Shown in pieces: positions 27,531 through 32,000 of a stretch of DNA of 32,000 bases (positions are counted from its first letter, which is position 1; each line of letters opens with the position of its first letter). The notes below the pieces were generated by a model. The model saw nothing but the letters and a program-made list of their open reading frames with translations, searched no databases and had not been told where the DNA came from. The position numbers were made by a program, and so were the translations under genes. The stretch is from Xanthomonas campestris pv. campestris str. ATCC 33913. Its GTDB lineage: Bacteria; Pseudomonadota; Gammaproteobacteria; Xanthomonadales; Xanthomonadaceae. The stretch spans positions 3,386,497 through 3,418,496 of the forward strand of contig NC_003902.1 of the NCBI RefSeq assembly GCF_000007145.1, given 5' to 3'.

Positions 27531-27869
27531 ACGCTACGCGAGACTCGATTCAAATCGGAGTTCAGGCAGGAGGGGCCATGGACTGTTTTACGACTGTACG
27601 GATTGGCGCGCCCCTCGCCCGGAACATCCAGATTTGCGAGCCACGCGTCATGGGGCGCTGCACTCGCAGATGTCGCGTTCGCTCCACTGCACCACCACAC
27701 GGGGGACACCTCCTCTACCACGCGAATTACCGCAGCCGCACTTCGCCCGAAGTTCGGTCAGGCGATCACCGCGATCGGTCAGGGCGTGTTGTTTTGCCGG
27801 CCACGCCGAGCGCGTTGCGCCTCACCACGGGCCATCCGCGCTCAAAGCACTAACCAACGAGGTTTAGCC

Positions 27870-30611
27870 ATGCACAGCCGCACCACGACGTTAGCATTCT
27901 GTATTACCGCCGCCCTGTACTACTCCGGCGCTGCCATGGCTGCCGGACAAGAACAGCAAGCCGCTCCGCAAGCTGCTCCAAACGCGCCCTCGTCCACCAC
28001 CGAGCTGGACACGATCACCGTCACCGGCTACCGCGCTTCGCTGGAGAAGAGCCAGGCGGTCAAGCGCTCGGCCAACTCGATCGTCGACGCCATCAGCGCC
28101 GAAGACATCGGCAAGTTCCCGGACATCAATGCGGCAGAATCGCTCTCGCATCTGCCGGGCATCAGCGTCGACCGCCAGTTCGGCGAAGGCGAAAAGGTCA
28201 GCATCAACGGCACCGACCCGGCATTGAACCGCGTGCTGCTCAATGGCCAGACCATCGCCTCCGGCGACTGGGGCGGCAACCCGACCGACACCAGCGGCCG
28301 TACCTTCAACTACACGCTGCTGTCGCCGGAAATCATCGGCCTGATGGAGGTCTACAAGACCCCCGAGGCGCGCATCGACGAAGGCTCGATCGGCGGCACC
28401 GTGATCGTGCACACCCGCAAGCCGCTGGACCTGCCCAAGAACACCATCCGCGGCTCGATCGGCTACAACTACAACGATCGCTCGGAAGAAGGTAACCCGC
28501 GCGGCTCGGCGTTGTGGAGCTGGAAGAACGACGACGAAACCTTCGGCGCGTTGATCTCCGCCACGCACGACAAGCAGGACCTGGCACGCGCCGGTATCGA
28601 ATACTTCGGCTACACCACCGGTGCCAACATCCCCGCCAGCGCCACCATCACCGGCGACGGCAGCGATGTGGCCACCGCCCGCGTGCCGGCCGGCATCAGC
28701 AGTGCATTCTTCCAGCAGACCCGCGAGCGCAGCGGCCTGCAGGGTGCATTGCAGTGGAAGCCCAACGAGCAGAACGAGTTCAACCTGACCGGTCTGTACA
28801 TCAAGGGCAAGTACAACAACTTCAGCCAGGCGCGCTATGTCTGCCCGAACTGTTCTTCTCCGGCAGCCGATGGGTCGCTGGACGCGAACGGAAACCAGGT
28901 CCAGATCAACAATATGCGTCTGATCGATAGGGCGACAGTACAGGATGGCGTGGTCACGTCTGCAAATTTCGCCGATAACGGTCTTGCCCAACCCTATTCG
29001 CAGCTGGACACGATCTATCGCGAAAGTACTGTTACCACCAAAAGCCTGAACCTGCGTCACGACTGGTCGGGCGAAAAGTGGGTCTTCACCACGCAGGGTG
29101 GTTACACCGAGGCGACGGGTGGCAAGAACCCCGAATACCTGATGAAGTACCTGATGCAGGATGGCGGCTATAACTACGCCTTTGATGGCCGCAACACTGC
29201 GGTCAATTATGAGAATGGTGGCGCGGCCAACTGGGTGTTACCGGGCAATCCGGCAGGCCTGGCACCAGGTCAGGTGGGTAATGTTCCCGGTACAGGGACG
29301 CCTATCATGCAGGCCGGCGGTATCGCCTACCAGAAGAGCAAGGACGACGAAAAGTACTTCCAGTGGGACGCCTCGCGCGACCTGGAATGGGGCCCGTTCA
29401 CCAAGCTGCAGTTCGGCTACAAGTACATCAACCACAACAATGGCGTAGAGGCACGCGGCAATCGCATCAACTCCACCGACGCAGTGTCGTTGACGCAGTT
29501 CAATCCCGGCAGAACGCCCAGCAGCCTGTACGACGGTTTGGGTGCCAGTGGCGATCTCACCAACTGGTCGACCGCGAGTCTGGATTCGGTGCGCAACTAT
29601 CTATTGTCGCAGCCGCAGGGTCCGTACCTCACCGACTTCGGCGCCTCGTTCCAGGTCAAGGAAATCACCCAGAACGTCTACACGCAGTTGAACTTCGAAT
29701 CCGGCCAGTGGCGCGGTAACGTCGGCGTGCGCCTGGTCGACACAACCAATAAATCCGAGTTCTGGCAGAGCAACGACGGCGGCGCCAACTTCGACCGTGT
29801 GGCCGAAACCAACGATTACCGCAAAGCACTGCCAAGCTTCAATATCGCCTATGACGTTACCGACGATGCCGTGCTGCGCTTCTCGGCGGCCAAGGTGATT
29901 GCACGTCCGCGTTATGCCGACCTGGCGGGCACGTTCACCATCAACAGCGGTACCGGTGACCTGACTGCCAACGGCGGCAACCCGGATCTGAAGCCGTACG
30001 AATCCACCAACTACGATCTGGCGGCCGAGTGGTATTTCGCCCCGTCCAGCATGTTGTCCGGTGAAGTGTTCTATCGCGACATCAGCTCCTACATCGTAAG
30101 CACTACCACCACGCAGCCGTTGAATCCGGCACCGCCGGCCCGGCCGGGCGATTACCAGGTCACCACGCCGGTCAACGTGTCGGACGCCAAGGTCACCGGC
30201 GTGTCGGTCAACTACCAGCAGACCTTCGGTCTGGGTTTTGGCTTGCAGGCCAACTACACCTTTGCCGAATCCGATTCCAGCTCCGGCTTGAACCTGCCGT
30301 ACCTGTCGCGCGATACCTACAACGTGATTCCGTACTGGGAACACGGCGACTGGACGGTGCGCGTGAACTACAGCTACCGCTCGAAGTACTTCACCCAGAT
30401 CGGTCGCCTGCAGTCGCGTGACTTTGCAGATGCCTACAAGCAGCTGGATTTGAACGCCTCGTATCAGATCACCGATTACATGGGCATCACCTTCGGCGCG
30501 ACCAACCTGCTGGATTCCACCTACCGGGTCTTCAGCAACACGCGTGATACCCCGACCGCGTTCTACAAGAACGGCCGCGGCTACCAGGCACAGCTCAACT
30601 TCAAGTTCTGA
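27870..30611 (+). CDS. TonB-dependent outer-membrane receptor (carbohydrate-scavenging, CUT-locus type)
   Basis: The ATG at 27870 (MHSRTTTLAFCITAALYYSGAAMA|AGQ) gives a signal peptide. There is a TonB box ELDTITVTGYR, the plug motif SANSIVDAISAEDIGKFPDINAAESLSHLPGISVDR, and a C-terminal ...YQAQLNFKF. The track ORF from 27396 is an upstream extension. Confidence 0.93.
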   Translation: MHSRTTTLAFCITAALYYSGAAMAAGQEQQAAPQAAPNAPSSTTELDTITVTGYRASLEKSQAVKRSANSIVDAISAEDIGKFPDINAAESLSHLPGISVDRQFGEGEKVSINGTDPALNRVLLNGQTIASGDWGGNPTDTSGRTFNYTLLSPEIIGLMEVYKTPEARIDEGSIGGTVIVHTRKPLDLPKNTIRGSIGYNYNDRSEEGNPRGSALWSWKNDDETFGALISATHDKQDLARAGIEYFGYTTGANIPASATITGDGSDVATARVPAGISSAFFQQTRERSGLQGALQWKPNEQNEFNLTGLYIKGKYNNFSQARYVCPNCSSPAADGSLDANGNQVQINNMRLIDRATVQDGVVTSANFADNGLAQPYSQLDTIYRESTVTTKSLNLRHDWSGEKWVFTTQGGYTEATGGKNPEYLMKYLMQDGGYNYAFDGRNTAVNYENGGAANWVLPGNPAGLAPGQVGNVPGTGTPIMQAGGIAYQKSKDDEKYFQWDASRDLEWGPFTKLQFGYKYINHNNGVEARGNRINSTDAVSLTQFNPGRTPSSLYDGLGASGDLTNWSTASLDSVRNYLLSQPQGPYLTDFGASFQVKEITQNVYTQLNFESGQWRGNVGVRLVDTTNKSEFWQSNDGGANFDRVAETNDYRKALPSFNIAYDVTDDAVLRFSAAKVIARPRYADLAGTFTINSGTGDLTANGGNPDLKPYESTNYDLAAEWYFAPSSMLSGEVFYRDISSYIVSTTTTQPLNPAPPARPGDYQVTTPVNVSDAKVTGVSVNYQQTFGLGFGLQANYTFAESDSSSGLNLPYLSRDTYNVIPYWEHGDWTVRVNYSYRSKYFTQIGRLQSRDFADAYKQLDLNASYQITDYMGITFGATNLLDSTYRVFSNTRDTPTAFYKNGRGYQAQLNFKF

Positions 30612-30620
30612 TGGTGTGAC

Positions 30621-30659
30621 GGCGCGCCACCGACCCTCCACGGTGGCGCGCCTTTTTTT
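30621..30659 (+). terminator. Strong rho-independent terminator
   Basis: A 12-bp GC stem, GGCGCGCCACCG / CGGTGGCGCGCC, with an 8-nt loop followed by T7. Confidence 0.9.
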
Positions 30660-30684
30660 CTGTCGTTGCATGGGGCAACGACAG
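30660..30684. other. Perfect 10-bp inverted repeat CTGTCGTTGC-N5-GCAACGACAG directly after the terminator
   Basis: The perfect stem is seen directly in the sequence and has no U-tract. It is followed by GTGCATGCAGTGCAC, itself rich in palindromes. It could be an operator for the fucosidase gene or a second RNA hairpin. Confidence 0.4.
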
Positions 30685-30813
30685 TGCATGCAGTGCACAT
30701 TGAGTGGACCTGGCCATCGCCCTTCGCTGAAGGATGATGGCCAGTCCCGCTTCCGCAACCACGGGCCGGATGCCTGATGCCGGTGCGTCTTTGCCCACAG
30801 GAGTGCAGTTCCC

Positions 30814-32000
30814 ATGACGACCGATAGCCGCCTTGCGGCTCCATCCCGCCGCCACGCCGGAGCTGCACCCAGAACGCGAATGCTCGCGCTCGGTCTGTTG
30901 CTCGCGTTGCCTGCCGCCACGCTCAGCGCTGCGCAATCGCCCACCGCGCCGACCGCCACCACGCTCAGCCCCGAGGTCATCGACCAGCAGTGGCTCGACG
31001 CCACCGCGCAGTACGCGCCCGAACGCGCACGGCTGGTGCGCGAAGCGCAAGCCGGCGCGCGCAAGGGGCCGTTCCGCCCTGACTGGGCCGCATTGAAGGC
31101 GTATCAATCGCCTGCGTGGTACGACAACGCCAAGTTCGGCATCTTCATTCACTGGGGCGTGTTTTCGGTGCCGGCCTTCGGCAGCGAATGGTATTCGCGC
31201 AACATGTATCTGGAAGGCTCCAAGGAATTCGCGCACCACGTGGCGACCTATGGCCCGCAGGCCAGCAGCGGCTACAAGGACCTGATTCCCAAGTTCACCG
31301 CACCCAAGTTCGACCCCACTGGCTGGGCCAAGCTGTTCCGTGAATCCGGTGCGCGCTACGTGGTGCCGGTGGCCGAGCATCACGATGGCTTTGCGTTGTA
31401 CGACTCGAAGTTGTCCGATTGGACGGCGATGAAGATGGGGCCCAAGCGCGACCTGCTGGGCGAGTTGTCCACCGCGATCCGTGCGCAGGGCCTGCACTTC
31501 GGGCTGTCCTCTCACCGCGCCGAGCACAACTGGTTCTTCGATGGCGGGCGCAAGTTCGATTCGGACGTCAACGACCCGCGCTATGCGGCTCTGTATGGCC
31601 CCGCGCAGGTGCGCCTGCCCGGCAAGGACGACGCCGACGTCGCCAACGACTGGACGCCGGTGTCGCAGGCGTGGCTGGACGACTGGCTGGCGCGCACCAC
31701 CGAGTTGATCGATGTCTACCAGCCGGACCTGATCTATTTCGATTGGTGGATCGCCCATCCCACCTTCCGCAGCAGCCTGCCGACCATGCTGGCGTACTAC
31801 TACAACCAGGGCGCGGCGCGGACCGAAGCCGACCGTGGCGTGGTGGTGAACTACAAGCTGGGTGCGTTCCCCGAAGGCGCCGGCACGCTGGATATCGAGC
31901 GCGGCCAGCTCACCGGCATCCACCCCACGCATTGGCAGACCGACACCTCGGTGAGCAATGCGTCGTGGGGCTACATCGAAAACGACACCTACAAGTCGCC
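30814..32000 (+). CDS. Alpha-L-fucosidase, glycoside hydrolase family 29 (5' part; continues past the window end)
   Basis: My own translation from the ATG at 30814 (AGGAG 11 nt upstream) gives MTTDSRLAAPSRRHAGAAPRTRMLALGLLLALPAATLSAAQS... It continues through WYDNAKFGIFIHWGVFSVPAFGSEWY, YVVPVAEHHDGFALYDS and GLSSHRAEHNW, which are GH29 signatures. It is absent from the ORF track because there is no stop in the window. The 443-aa minus-strand ORF 30601-31932 is its shadow. Confidence 0.9.
   Translation, partial: MTTDSRLAAPSRRHAGAAPRTRMLALGLLLALPAATLSAAQSPTAPTATTLSPEVIDQQWLDATAQYAPERARLVREAQAGARKGPFRPDWAALKAYQSPAWYDNAKFGIFIHWGVFSVPAFGSEWYSRNMYLEGSKEFAHHVATYGPQASSGYKDLIPKFTAPKFDPTGWAKLFRESGARYVVPVAEHHDGFALYDSKLSDWTAMKMGPKRDLLGELSTAIRAQGLHFGLSSHRAEHNWFFDGGRKFDSDVNDPRYAALYGPAQVRLPGKDDADVANDWTPVSQAWLDDWLARTTELIDVYQPDLIYFDWWIAHPTFRSSLPTMLAYYYNQGAARTEADRGVVVNYKLGAFPEGAGTLDIERGQLTGIHPTHWQTDTSVSNASWGYIENDTYKS

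Noticed and set aside
27578-27853. A 91-aa ORF with an adjacent AGGAGG in the receptor leader.
   Set aside because: Third-codon-position GC is only around 60% by eye, against far higher values in the real genes here. The sequence is Arg-rich and low-complexity with no recognisable domain. It is mentioned only as a possible regulatory uORF.

Overview
High-GC (about 65%) gammaproteobacterial chromosome, most likely Xanthomonas or a close relative. This is inferred from two TonB-dependent receptors, GTAGGAGCGC-type REP palindromes and a GlcNAc/N-glycan-type sugar utilisation locus, and has not been checked against any database. I can support 25 protein genes, and nearly all are recognisable core functions. 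They are: a GT2 fragment, mtgA, hslO, a secreted unknown protein, a TonB-dependent receptor, a TetR regulator divergent from an alpha/beta-hydrolase-fadE pair, a DUF1304 protein, an MFS transporter, a serine hydrolase, a histone-H1-like Lys/Ala-repeat protein, gcvT-gcvH, qmcA-nfeD, nudE-cysQ-mazG-ynfA, bioA-rsmE, and a glucokinase-family kinase divergent from a second TonB-dependent receptor that is followed by a GH29 fucosidase. I saw no rRNA, tRNA, CRISPR array, transposase, integrase, or recognisable toxin or defence gene. Most long antisense ORFs in the track are high-GC shadow ORFs. I found no convincing evidence for a new multi-gene system. The least explained part is 14.39-17.29 kb, where only 471 bp of about 2.9 kb is coding (the histone-like gene). 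That gene is flanked on one side by a 1.37 kb gene-free gap carrying a degenerate 36-bp phased repeat array. On the other side is about 1 kb of strand-asymmetric T-tract-rich DNA with repeated modules. Other points worth a look are two near-identical LacI-type palindromes in the kinase/receptor intergenic region, a candidate TetR operator overlapping a possibly leaderless start, a 690-bp noncoding stretch after fadE with a duplicated terminator-like hairpin, and a pair of 66-bp REP hairpins.
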